A stretch of DNA of 64,000 bases from Selaginella moellendorffii (Eukaryota > Plantae > Lycopodiophyta), in contig NW_003314424.1 in NCBI RefSeq assembly GCF_000143415.4, positions 37,194 to 101,193 on the forward strand, read 5' to 3'. The position numbers and the translations under genes are program-made. A model generated the notes under the pieces. That model had not been told where the DNA came from. It did not search any database and saw only the letters and a program-made list of their open reading frames with translations. Shown piece by piece: positions 35,161 to 46,199 of the stretch. Every line of letters starts with the position of its first letter. Positions within the stretch are counted from its first letter, which is position 1.

Positions 35161-36560
35161 ATGCAAGCAGCGGTAAGGAATGCGATCCTCGGGGAGTTCC
35201 TGAGAAAGAGATCCAGAGTCCGAGCATCACATTTTCGTTTGTTGAAAATCACCAGGATCAGAAGTGGTGGGCTCTGTGGTCACTCTTGTGGCTTTCTTTA
35301 CACACTCCAGAAGAAAACAAGCTCAAGGATGAGTCTTTGCAACGCTCGCACAAACTCGACTGGGCGCAACTGGGAGCTCCAACCAGAGTCCAATCTCCGC
35401 TATCCCAGACGAGGTGTCTTTATGTCAATGACGGCGAGAGACTTATCTTCATCAAGACAAGTTTGCAAGCACTGGTACGCTCTGTGTTCATCAGACTGTC
35501 TGTGGGAGAAATTCGTCAGCTCAAGTCAAGCCAACTTACCAAGGTACGTGCCTCCTGACTATACTATTTTCTGGAAATTTTGTTTTCCTTGCTTAAACGT
35601 TGAATTTTGCAGATGGCTGGTGCATAAGCACAGCACGCTACTGTCGTCTCGAAGCACTCGCGTTTTATATTTCACGAACAGATACACGTTTCTGATTCAA
35701 GCCTTGGATGCATGGTGGGAACACGGGATTTACAGCTCCTCTAAGCTGTGTCCTCTTATACGAGAGCTTACACTGCACGACTGGTGCGTATTCTATGAAG
35801 TGCTAAGCTCCGCTTTTGCAAATCGTGCAGATTTCCTATCTGCCTTACTTCTGCCAAAGCTTCACGGCAGATTGAATCTGTACGACCTGGAAGGTGTGTG
35901 TTTGGATGACGGAGTCACTGGGATGAAAATCTGGAAGGTGCTGCGTGACCTCTGGCAGCGTTATATCTCATGGGTGAAAGTTTGCCTTCACTGCTCGGAC
36001 CTGAATTATGCAGTCCGACTCAAGAGAGTCCGGTAAGTGGCATTCCCGCTGGCTGTTGGCTTTACTTGTCGAGATTGCAGTGCTGTTGAGACTCTGAAGC
36101 TTTACGATAAGGGAGTCATCTGTTTCAGGTACTTGTTTTTCTTGTTTTTGCAATGTCTGAAATGAGTTTTGCCGTTGAGGAAGGAGTCAAGTGCTCCTCA
36201 GCTATGGCCTGCGAACAGCGCTTCAAGCAGGACTGTCTTGGCTGTCAGCAAAAGAAACTGAAAGTACAGCGTTGGAACAAGACATGGAACTGTTATGCCC
36301 ATTGCATCAATTACTATAGGTACTGAAGTGCTCGCAATCTTCAGATTTTTCTGACGTATGTGATTCGTGCAGGAGCTTGATGTGGCTGATGATTTCACAC
36401 TTCCACATCACAGTCTTACGTGAGCAAAATTCAGAAGATGTTTTCTGGATGGAGAGTCCGAGCGGGTTTGTGGTGTCTTCACTTGCGGGTTTGACAGCTG
36501 AGGTGTTGCAGATCAACAAAGCTTGAAGTTTATACCGAGCGGAGTGAAGTCTATGCTCGC
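35161..36560 (+). CDS. Probable F-box-like protein (start and 3' exons uncertain)
   Basis: VFMSMTARDLSSSRQVCKHWYALCSSDCLW matches the F-box pattern (VCKxW...DxLW); GTAAG donor at ~36033 suggests further exons. Confidence 0.55.
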
Positions 36561-36812
36561 ACAACCTTTTGCGGATAACAGCAGAGGCATGCTGGTGGTT
36601 TCTCACTATCCAAGAGGATATAACAACATCAAGCATAGAACCTGGGTGATAAGATTGCAGCTGTTTTCTGAATGTATTTTTCATTTCAACGATTATAAGT
36701 CAGTCTCCCATTGGGTATGTATACAGTTTTCTTCAGATTGAAGTATTTAGAGGTGGCAAATAGTTCTTGCAGATGGAGCAAAGAGTTGGCGGGGGTGGAT
36801 TGTGGCTCTGGC

Positions 36813-39800
36813 TGTAACAAACAAGGGAGCAAAACCCTAAACCCTACCATAGGTCACTATATATAGTAAACCACCCCCAGGCTCTTAAGGATCATAACAT
36901 TCTCCCCTCCCTCTAGGAGAATACCTCTAGACCCTTAATATCCATGAGCTTAAACGAAGCACATAGCTCAAAACGGAGCTAACCAATGGATCTAAAGAAT
37001 GAAGACTCAAGTTCGGAGTACATAGCTCAATATGGAGCTAACTTCATTCAAGGAAGGTCTAATGCACATGAAGCTTTTCTCGAAGTACAAAAACTCAAAA
37101 GACTTCATTGCCAACGAATCTACTCTCTCCCCTTCCTCAAGAAGAGTATTCGTCATCATCAGGAATATCGTCCAGATCATAATCAAACTCCGGAAAAGTT
37201 GACTTGAACTGAGATTCCAACTCCCATGTAGCCTCAGCAGCAGAGTATCCATTCCATTGAACCAGAAGTTGACGATACGTAGCTCTTCTCTCTTTCACAA
37301 GACGTTGAGCTAAAATACCAAGTGGTCCAACAGCTACAGGATCAATATCTGAATGTTGAACTACACTCTGGTCTACAACATCTCCAGAATGTAAAAAACC
37401 TTTCAACCTGCTCACATGAAAGACCGGATGCACCTTTACACCATCTGGAAGCTCAACCTTATAAGCCACGGCACCTACTCGAGCTAACACCTTCCAAGGA
37501 CCACAAAACCTCGGTGAAAGCTTAGAAGCCGTTCCAGCTTGCAAAGTTGCTGTATGACCATGAGACACCTTCAAGAACACCTTGTCACCGACTTGAAATT
37601 CTATATGCCGTCTAGAACCATCAGCCAGCTTCTTAGCACGATCTTGAGCCTGCTTCATGTTCAACTTAGCCAATTCTAGTGTCTCGTGCATGTCTTCCAA
37701 GAAATCCCGAGCATCAGATTTCCTTACCGAACATAAACCCACACTCACCGGAGACCTTGGCTGAAATCCATACATAGCCATGAATGGAGACATGCCAATC
37801 GCTGAATTGAAGGTGCTGTTGTAGGCAAATTCCAGTAGAGGCAAGTAGTTCTCCCAACCAGCATGCTTCTTAACATTTCCCACAAACGACCTCAGCATAT
37901 CCTCCAACACTTGATTTACATGCTCTGTTTCGCCATCAGATTGAGGATGATCACTGCTGCACATACTCAACGTGGTATTGAGTTGCTTAAATACATCTTG
38001 CCAGAACCTGCTCGTAAACTTTGGATCGTGATTGCTTACTATAGTTTCTGGCAAACCAAACGGCCTATACAACTCTTGGATAAAGAGTTGAGCCAAGTCA
38101 GAAGCCTTTACAGTTTACTTAGTAGCAATAAAGTGGGTCATCTTCGTCAATCTGTCCACCACGACCCACGCTGAATCATTCTTCCTTTGACTCTTGGGTA
38201 GCCCCACCACAAAATCCATGGAAATACTCTCCCATTTTCCACTGGGTACATTCAGAGGTTGTAAGAGACCAGCGGGCTTCTGACGATCAGCCTTGACTGC
38301 CTGACAAGTCAAATATTCTCGTACGTACTTTTCCACATCTGATTTCATACCAGGCCAAAAGAAATGTCTCTTAACCAACTCAAACGTCCTCTGAATTCCT
38401 GGATGTCCTGAGGAAGGTGTAGAGTGACACTCTGAAAAAGTCGGGAAGAGAAGAGAGCTCACTCGAGGAACCACAACTCGGTTCTTCTTCCACAACACCC
38501 CATCCTCCATCCTATACGAAGCAAACTTTTCTCGCTGGAAGACCCCATCAGATTTCTTAGAAGAAGCGTCCCTCTTCAATACATGTGCTAGCACCTCTTT
38601 CACAAAGGAGTCGAAATCATAAGCCTCCTTGATCTCTTCCAGAAGTTTACTTGAGAGTCTTGTGATCGTTACTGAATTCACAAGCCTCGATAGAGCATCA
38701 GCCACCTGATTATCTCTACCTCTCTTATATCGGATCTCCATGTTGAACTCTTGCAAAAACTCTTGCCAATGAGCCAACCTGCCTCAGAGATCGGTCTGCT
38801 TCAGAAAATGTTGCAACGTCTGATGATCCAAGTATGCTACACTGAAGTCAGCACCATACAAATAATGCCTCCACTCCTTGGTGGCACAAACGACCGCATA
38901 TAACTCTCGATCTCTAGCCGGCCAATCTAGCTGAGTAGTATCAAACTTGCGACTCAAGAAAGCAACGGGACGGCCTTCTTGCAGCAGCAGAACAGCTCCC
39001 AGCGCCACATCACTAGCATCACACTCCACTACAAACGGCTTCATTGGATCCACTATCTGAAGCACTGGAGTTGTAGCACACCGATGCTTGAGCTGTTCGA
39101 AAGCATGTTCACAACGATCGCTCCACTTGATTGTTGCATGCTTAGTATTATTTTGATCTGTTAGAGGAGCAGCCACCTCTGCATAGTGATCTATAAACTT
39201 CCTGAACACACAAGCCATTCCAAGGAAACTCCTAAGGTCATGCACCATAGTGGGAACGGGCCAATTCACCACCACCTCAACCTTCTTCGGATCAATCCTA
39301 ACACCATTAGCTGAGATCAAATTCCCCAGGTAAGCAATCTCCTCAAGGAAGAACTCACACTTAGATGCCTTGGAATAAAGCTTGCGCTCTCAAGCTTCTA
39401 TAACACTGAAGTCAAATGCCACTCATGCTCCTCAGCAGACTTACTATACACCAAAATATCATCAAAGTAAACCAGCACGAACTTTGATAAGAACGGCTTC
39501 AACACTTCATTCATCAACCTCTGAAATGTAGTTGGTGCATTCATCAATCCGAAAGGCATCACTAAGAATTCGTAGTGACCAATCCTTGTCCTGAAAGCCG
39601 TTTTCATCACATCCTCAGCCTTTACTCGTATCTGGTGGTACCCCTACCTCAAATCAATCTTGGAGAAGTACTTCGCACCTTGAAGCTCATGAATCAAATC
39701 TTCTATCTGGGGAATCGGAAACCAGTTCTTGATGGTCCTCGAGTTCAATGGCTGATAATTCACACACAACCGCCAACCACCATCTTTCTTCTTCACCAGC

Positions 39801-39975
39801 ACTACAGGAGCAGCCCAAGGAGATTTACTGACTTGCAACCAACCCTTTCCAAAGTAGATAGCTAGCTGAGATGCAATCTCCTCCTCCTCCTTGGCACTGG
39901 TTCTTGTAGGAGGCCGATGAACCGGAGTACTCCCAAGAATTAGATCGACAGCATGATCTACGTCCCTTGAAGGTG
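36813..39975 (-). mobile_element. 5'-truncated Gypsy chromovirus (RT-RNaseH-INT-chromodomain, PPT, 87-bp 3' LTR)
   Basis: RT ([22 protein letters not shown]), RNase H (VECDASD), integrase (WESISMDFVVGLP, GPW), chromodomain (LLVQWNGYSAAEATWE); PPT 36900-36915; LTR 36813-36899 (TG...CA). Confidence 0.93.
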
Positions 39976-40138
39976 TCAGGTTATATATATAAAGTTATGT
40001 TTAAATGTTCCCTTACATTATCCTCGGCTATCTTCTGTACTTGGTCAATATCAGACATGCTCGATTTATCAGCGCCTGTGACTGACGTGCAGTCTGCTAC
40101 CTGGAAAGATTCGTTTGTAAGGTTTTCAACTGGCGTAC

Positions 40139-41405
40139 TCAGCTGTGTGACTTCGACCTGACAAATGTCTGTACTTTTCCGTCATCTTTGTTTCCTTCTC
40201 GAGACTCATCCTTCTTTCCTTCCCGAAACTCATCATCCTCAGCAAAACCACTCTCCTTTGCTTTTGCATGTCCCTTATTCTCTCTGAATGATCCTCCAGC
40301 CTTGAAGTACGATCCAATGGCCTTGTGTTTAAAATTCAGAGGAACGGTCAAGGGTGTGTTGTCTTCCCTTGTTTTGGTTTTCCTTGCCTAGGCTTCCCCT
40401 CTTTGACCTTTCTCCTTTGTGGCTGCTTTCCTGAGTTCTCTTCTCTTTTTCTTTTTCCTCTGTCAGTGTCAGTCGCCAACCTTCTTCTTCGCATATTTTG
40501 CAGGATTATTTGAATGATCATCTTTTGGGCCAGCCTCTATTTCAATCACAACAACTTGAGGAATTTCCAACCCCTCTGCAACGCCGGTATCATTGTTGTT
40601 GGCCGTTGCAGTGTGAGCGCCGCTCGCAGTATAGGCGCCCATACCCTCCTGATTGTTTGAACCAACAACAAGTTCCTCCATGACCTTCTCACTGTGCGTG
40701 CTCCCCGCATGATCGTTTGAACCAACAAGAAGTTCCTTTGCAACCTTCTTACTGCGCACGCCGCTCGCAGTGTCTCTATTCCCGTCTGATAGTGATGCAT
40801 CAGCTTTCTTAAAAAGAACTTTCACAACTGTCTTTTTGGCCGCCGGAACGTCACAGTGAATCTGTTTCACGGAAGAATGAATTTTGTTATTTGGCTTTTT
40901 TTCTGTTGAGGGTTAAGTTCATACAACATTATTAGTTTTTCTTACCTTCTTTATCTCTTCTTCTAGGCCTGTCGTTCTTTTTTTTGGAACGGATTCACCC
41001 TTTTGTGCTTTTCTTGCCGGTTGGTCATCATCCTCTTCCTCTTCCGCATCTTCTTCCTCGGCAGCATCCTCAAGAGAGGCAAATTTCTTTCCTTTTTTAT
41101 CTACTTTTGCAGGGGGATCTTTTTCGTCCTCCTCAGCCTCCTCCTCCACTTCATCCTTCTCCTCTTCATCATCATCTTCTTCATCTTCCCCGTCATCCTT
41201 GGCCGAGTTCACTAGAGCTTTACCTTTCCTCCACTTGAGAAGAAGTCTGCCATCATTCGTCTCCTGGTCGTCTTTAGCTTTCTCATTTGAAGCGGGACTC
41301 TTTTTCCTTTTTCTGCACTCAGGTTTCCTTTTGCTTGTGCCAGCGCCAGGATCCTTTGCACTTGGTTCGAGTTCGGCTTTCTTAAAAACAACTTCTTCGT
41401 AGGAA
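40139..41405 (-). other. Lys/Glu/Asp-rich low-complexity coding-like sequence of unknown function
   Basis: C-terminal half of ORF 40919-42052 plus ORFs 40469-40870 and 40139-40351; internal repeat VLFKKA/VVFKKA and a 63-bp duplication near 40655-40745; no recognisable domain. Confidence 0.35.
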
Positions 41406-42700
41406 CCTTGCAACCAAGAGCTTGCAGTCGCCCAACAATCCATCTCTCTCGCCTGGAGCAGCACATACAAGAGTATGGCACAAACACATCCCACCGCGAG
41501 ATTGGATCCCTGCGAGATGGCAATGCAGCAGAGCATCACAAACAAGTCCCTCCTACTAGTTTGATCCAGGCACGCCATCGCCAGCTCCACCCCGGAGAAG
41601 AGCAGCAAAATCCCCAGCAGTCCCACTGGAAAAGCTGGCAGAATTCTCACCAGTGAGCCTCCCAAGAGAAGCCCCAACACAAGCTTGCCACCGCTACCCC
41701 ACTCGTGGCTCCGAAACGATACTGCCCGGCCAGTTCTCCAGCGCCATGGCAAACCGGGAGAGCTCCAAACCAGCAGCCCACCAAGTTCATGAGCCCCACG
41801 CTCACCGAGACTTTGGTCGGAGTCACGGAGTCCTTCTTGGCCGGGAAGAGATCGCTCGAGAGCTTGCAAACCGCCACCATCGAGTTGAGGATAGTGAGAG
41901 GGAGCTGCGGGATGGCGGCTCTCACAAACCGTCTTCCAGTCGTGGGAAGAGATTCGAGTGATCCGTGGCATGGCCGGGCCAAACTGGAGCTCCTTGAGAA
42001 TGTGTGGCCTCCTCACGAACGCCAGGATGATCCCGAGCACGAACACTGCCAAGGCAGTCGACTTCGTGACGAACAGTGAAGGTGATCGTCATCACGATGA
42101 TCATGAAGAGCACCGTGAAGAACATCAAGCGAGATCGTCAAAGCTCGTGAAGTTTTTCCAGAGGATCCCGCCAGATCCATTCACCAGCACGATGAATGTG
42201 AAGCAAATCACTGCGAGGAGAATTCCATCCAAGCCCAGCCATGGTCGATCACCCATTGCCTTGTCCCTAGAGAGATTTTGATCCTTCATCACGTACTTGA
42301 CAGCCTTGACCGCGAAAGAGCCCATGTGCAAGCTGGATGCCACGAACCACCGGCAATGGCACGATCCAAGCCACGACCCATGATCAAGCCCGTGGTTCCA
42401 AGCACAAACACGATCGCAGACACAGTGATCCCCGCGGCCATGATCTCATCCACACCGAGATGCTTGGATTCGGTAAAGGCCGCCACCGCGATGGATTTCA
42501 TGGGCTGGACAGGCATTGGCACGCCAAAGAGCACGCTGGTGAGAACGTTGTAGATGCCCGTGGCAATGAGAGACCAAGATCCATGCCATTGACGAGAGCT
42601 ACAGCCATGACGATCGGGATGAATGTGCCCAGGTCGCCCAGCGAGCCGCTGAGCTCCTGCCATAGCCGCCTGCACTGGAGATTGCCGCGCAGCCCTGTGC
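41406..42700 (-). pseudogene. Molybdate transporter (MOT1/MOT2 family) frameshifted pseudogene
   Basis: ELSGSLGDLGTFIP, FGVPMPVQPMKSIA, RPWLGLDG, IPQLPLTILNS, MNLVGCWFGALPVCHGAGELAGQYRFG and FPVGLLGILLLFSGVELAMA are spread over several frames. Confidence 0.9.
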
Positions 42701-42954
42701 CATCACTGCGCCACTGACCTCCAAGAACCCTAAATTTATATAGTCCAAAAGCTGGCTTTTGTCATTGGAAATGAGCAAAGAATTTTCTCTTTAATCATAC
42801 ATGATGATCTGTCAAAGAATACCCTCTTTAATCACGAGGACACAGAATCTACACTCACACTAGTTTCAAACAAAATTGCTACTATTTGCTAGTAGAATTC
42901 CTAGAATCTACACTTAAAGCTTGTTCTAGCAACAACACCTTGAGATCTTTGTCC

Positions 42955-43373
42955 TCAATTTCTAGACTTTGCTCCCAGCAAGCACATCCAATCCACTGAA
43001 ACTGGCTTGTAAGGCATGCTCCTCACAAGTTCCTCAGCCTCTTCCACACACCCAGCTCGCCCCAAGCAATCCACCATGCAGCAGTAACCTTGCCTCGATC
43101 CTTGGTAGTGGCGAGATGCCCTTCTTGGGCGTGTGCCAAGAACATAATGACCCACAAGTGGCAATTGCATCACTCCATGGAGTCAAACACTGCTCGCGCG
43201 CACTGGATCTTGCCCAGCTTGCCATACCGAAGGATGACGAGATTGGAGAGGTAGCAGCAATCACCAGGCAGCATTTGCTTCTGGGCGATCTCAATCCGGG
43301 AATGGGCATCGATCACCTGTGAGGAATTGATTGCGGAAGTGACGAGATCCACACACTCGGACTTGGACAGCAT
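42955..43373 (-). pseudogene. PLS-class PPR protein fragment (internally deleted)
   Basis: NLVILRYGKLGKIQCARAVFDSM and YCCMVDCLGRAGCVEEAEELVRSMPYKP...WMCLLGA. Confidence 0.85.
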
Positions 43374-43798
43374 CAGTTTCTCTCGACACCGAAGCTAGCC
43401 TCTCACGAGATTAGAGAGAAGGGAGAAATTAGGGAAATTCTCGATGGCATCCTTCCAAAGTAGTGCTTCCCGGATCCCCTAGCTTGGTTTGTTCATTCTA
43501 GTGAGCCAACCCATTGCAAAGAGCTTTTCCTAGCTGCCTTCAAACAATTTCCTTAGGCACTATAGATAGGAATAGAAATAAAGTGTGTAACTTGTGAACC
43601 TTAAAGTGAAATAAAAATGACACTACAAATATGGCAATGGCTAAGCAAACATCTAAATGTACAACCTTCCATTGTTTCCCCAGTCTTGCAAGTGTTTGAG
43701 GAGCAATCTTGTTTTAACATTTACCCCAAAGATGAATTGGTGAGTAAGATTACTCACCTAGACACCTAAAGTAGTAAGAAACAAATGCATATAAATGA

Positions 43799-43916
43799 AT
43801 AGCATGAGGCCTCATGCCAAGAAAATGACTTCATCCCTCCATAATACTTTAATCCAATCTACAAATGGATGGTGTCCAACCTCACACAAAAACATTAGTG
43901 TGAGGCCTCACACCAA
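43799..43916. repeat. Two isolated copies of the transposon palindrome
   Basis: ATAGCATGAGGCCTCATGCCAA at 43799-43820; TTAGTGTGAGGCCTCACACCAA at 43895-43916. Confidence 0.75.
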
Positions 43917-44185
43917 GAAAAAAAGCCCACCCACCTCCTCTAGCCTAGTTTCTCAACACCAATCTCTTTTGCATGCATGGCCACACTAGAGGGGGATGGC
44001 ATTCTCAGATGGTGGTGACAACAACTCATTGAGGATCTGGATTAAGACTCAACAACATGGAAATGAGGAATGAAGAGCTTCTTCTTGTTCGAAGTCAAGG
44101 AAGCATGGGATAGTCTCTTGACCAGCAGTGAGGAGGCCCGAGGGGAGATTCCCAAGCTCTGGAAGAAATGGATGGAGCAAGGAGT

Positions 44186-44235
44186 GGGTTTAGGGTTTAG
44201 GGTTTAGGGGTTTAGGGGTTTAGGTGCGTTTAGGG
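44186..44235 (+). repeat. Interstitial telomeric repeat (TTTAGGG)n, degenerate
   Basis: About 6 units read directly. Confidence 0.9.
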
Positions 44236-44334
44236 TCAAAGATGCTGGAATCCGGTGAGATCGCTGAACGTGTATGTACATTCCCCATATCCCAATGGGA
44301 CTAATACAAAAACTGGGCATGCCACCCTTTCAAT

Positions 44335-45130
44335 GAGTTACTCTACGTGATCCTCATATGTTGTAGCTGGACCTAGTCCTAGAGTAGAAGTGGACGTGGT
44401 CGTCTCGAGCGAATCATGTTGATGTCCAAGTCTCCCGCATGAGCTGACTTTAGAACAGAGTCCGGGGAGCACCATTGTCAGCGAATCTCGCCACCTCCCA
44501 ATTTGCCGAAGCATGGGAGCCACCTAGATCTCCATTTCTCGAGCTGCCTTGGTTTCGCATGCTCTTTCAAGATGGTGTAGTGGAGACGCACTACTGCAAG
44601 AGTGAGTCTCCACCATGATGCCACCACTGCTGATATTCTCACTTGTTGCCCATCAAAGCGACAATGGTTCCAAGCCTCCCAGAGTGCCTGCACTCCTGTT
44701 GCCCTCCAAATGGACCAGTGCTCCTGACCCAATGCCTCCCAGATGGACATCCCAACTTCAGCCTCTGTCACATCCCACCGGACTCGCATGTTCCATCTAT
44801 GTCGTTCGTAGCAGCGAATACGCCTCTAAGTTGGACCAATGGCTGGACCTCTAGCTCCCTCAAACCAATGGAGGATATCCCCACTCCGGGCCTCAAACTC
44901 TGGAATGTCTCCGAGTTCCTGCGTTGCCTTGAAGATCTGTCGCCATACTTCTCTCGCCACGTCGTATTCCCTTAGGGCATGTCACGCTGTCTCCAGCTCG
45001 CCACACTCCTTGCACTATCGGCATGCTTCTTCCTGGAACCACTATCCGAACGCAAGCATGTTGCCCACCACCTGATTTGCTTCAACTCCTTGTTCGATCC
45101 ATTTCTTCCAGAGCTTGGGGATACTACAAA
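44335..45130 (-). mobile_element. L1-type LINE 3' fragment
   Basis: Minus-strand CKECGELETAxHAL zinc-knuckle-like segment and Trp-rich ALWEAWNHCRF region; homologous to 61955-62800. Confidence 0.7.
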
Positions 45131-46185
45131 ACTTGTGCAAGAATATAATAAGTATCTTCACAATTTTCAATGAGTAAGCACTCCACCTGGAACTTCACTT
45201 GCTCAATGTTTGTCTAAGACAATGTCTCCGAGTTCAAACAAAGAGAGAGAAGAAATGAAACAATTTCCTTTTCGAAGGTTAGTGGGCAATCTGCTCTACC
45301 TTGCCACAGTAAGCAGGCCAGATATATCCAATGCCGTTATCTCAGTGAGCCAGTATATTCAAGACCCTGGTTTAAGGCACTGGTATGCAGCTCTTCGGCC
45401 GGACCAAAAGAGCCGGGGCCCGCCGCCTTTGTGATGGCCTGTGTGGGTCCGCTCCATGCTTCGTCATATAGTGAAATACTTGGTAGATACAACAGAGCTG
45501 GGAATTAAATATTCTGGCCATGAAAAGAAACTTGTTGGTTTAGTCGGCTACACAGATGCTGATTATATTGGGGATATTGAATGATCGTAGATCAAGAACC
45601 TGGTGTTTTAAGATTGCCAGGGGAGTAGTAACATGGAGCAGCAAGAAACAAAAAATGGTCTCAATCTACTTGTGAAGCAGAATATATGGCCTTGGCATCC
45701 GCTACAAAAGAAGCTCTTTGGGTTAGGAAACTCTTGTTTGATATTGGAACTACACAACCTGAAGCTACAGTAATATTTTGTGATAATAGTTCTGCAATTC
45801 AAGTGGCTCATAATCCAGTAGGTTGCAGATCAAACCTGTTTATATTTGCAGTGACAACATGATTGCTGATATGTTCACAAAACCTTTGGAGAAGTGAAAC
45901 TTTGTGAGGTTACGTGGGATGTTTGGTATAGTGCAGGACGAAGCAAAATAATTATAAGAAAAAGAAAAAAAAAGAAAAGGTGTGCCGTCTCGGCTGAGAG
46001 GGAGGGTTGGAATTTGAAAAGAAGTGATAACAGCCAAGACTCTATGTGACTTACGCTTACACACAGCAGAATGGTGGTGCGCATCTGATCCATGATGGTA
46101 AGCTCTTACAGGTATATATGCTTCTGGTTAGCGGAGGAAACTGTATCTTTTTCTACACTTCAATATAAGTTCTCCAAGTTCTTCT
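45131..46185 (+). mobile_element. Copia RT/RNase H 3' fragment with PPT and probable LTR remnant
   Basis: FPFRRLVGNLLYLATVSRPDI, GYTDAD, EAEYMALA, IFCDNSSAI, MIADMFTKPL; PPT-like GAGAGGGAGG at ~45996-46005. Confidence 0.85.
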
Positions 46186-46199
46186 AGTCGCGCCGCGCC

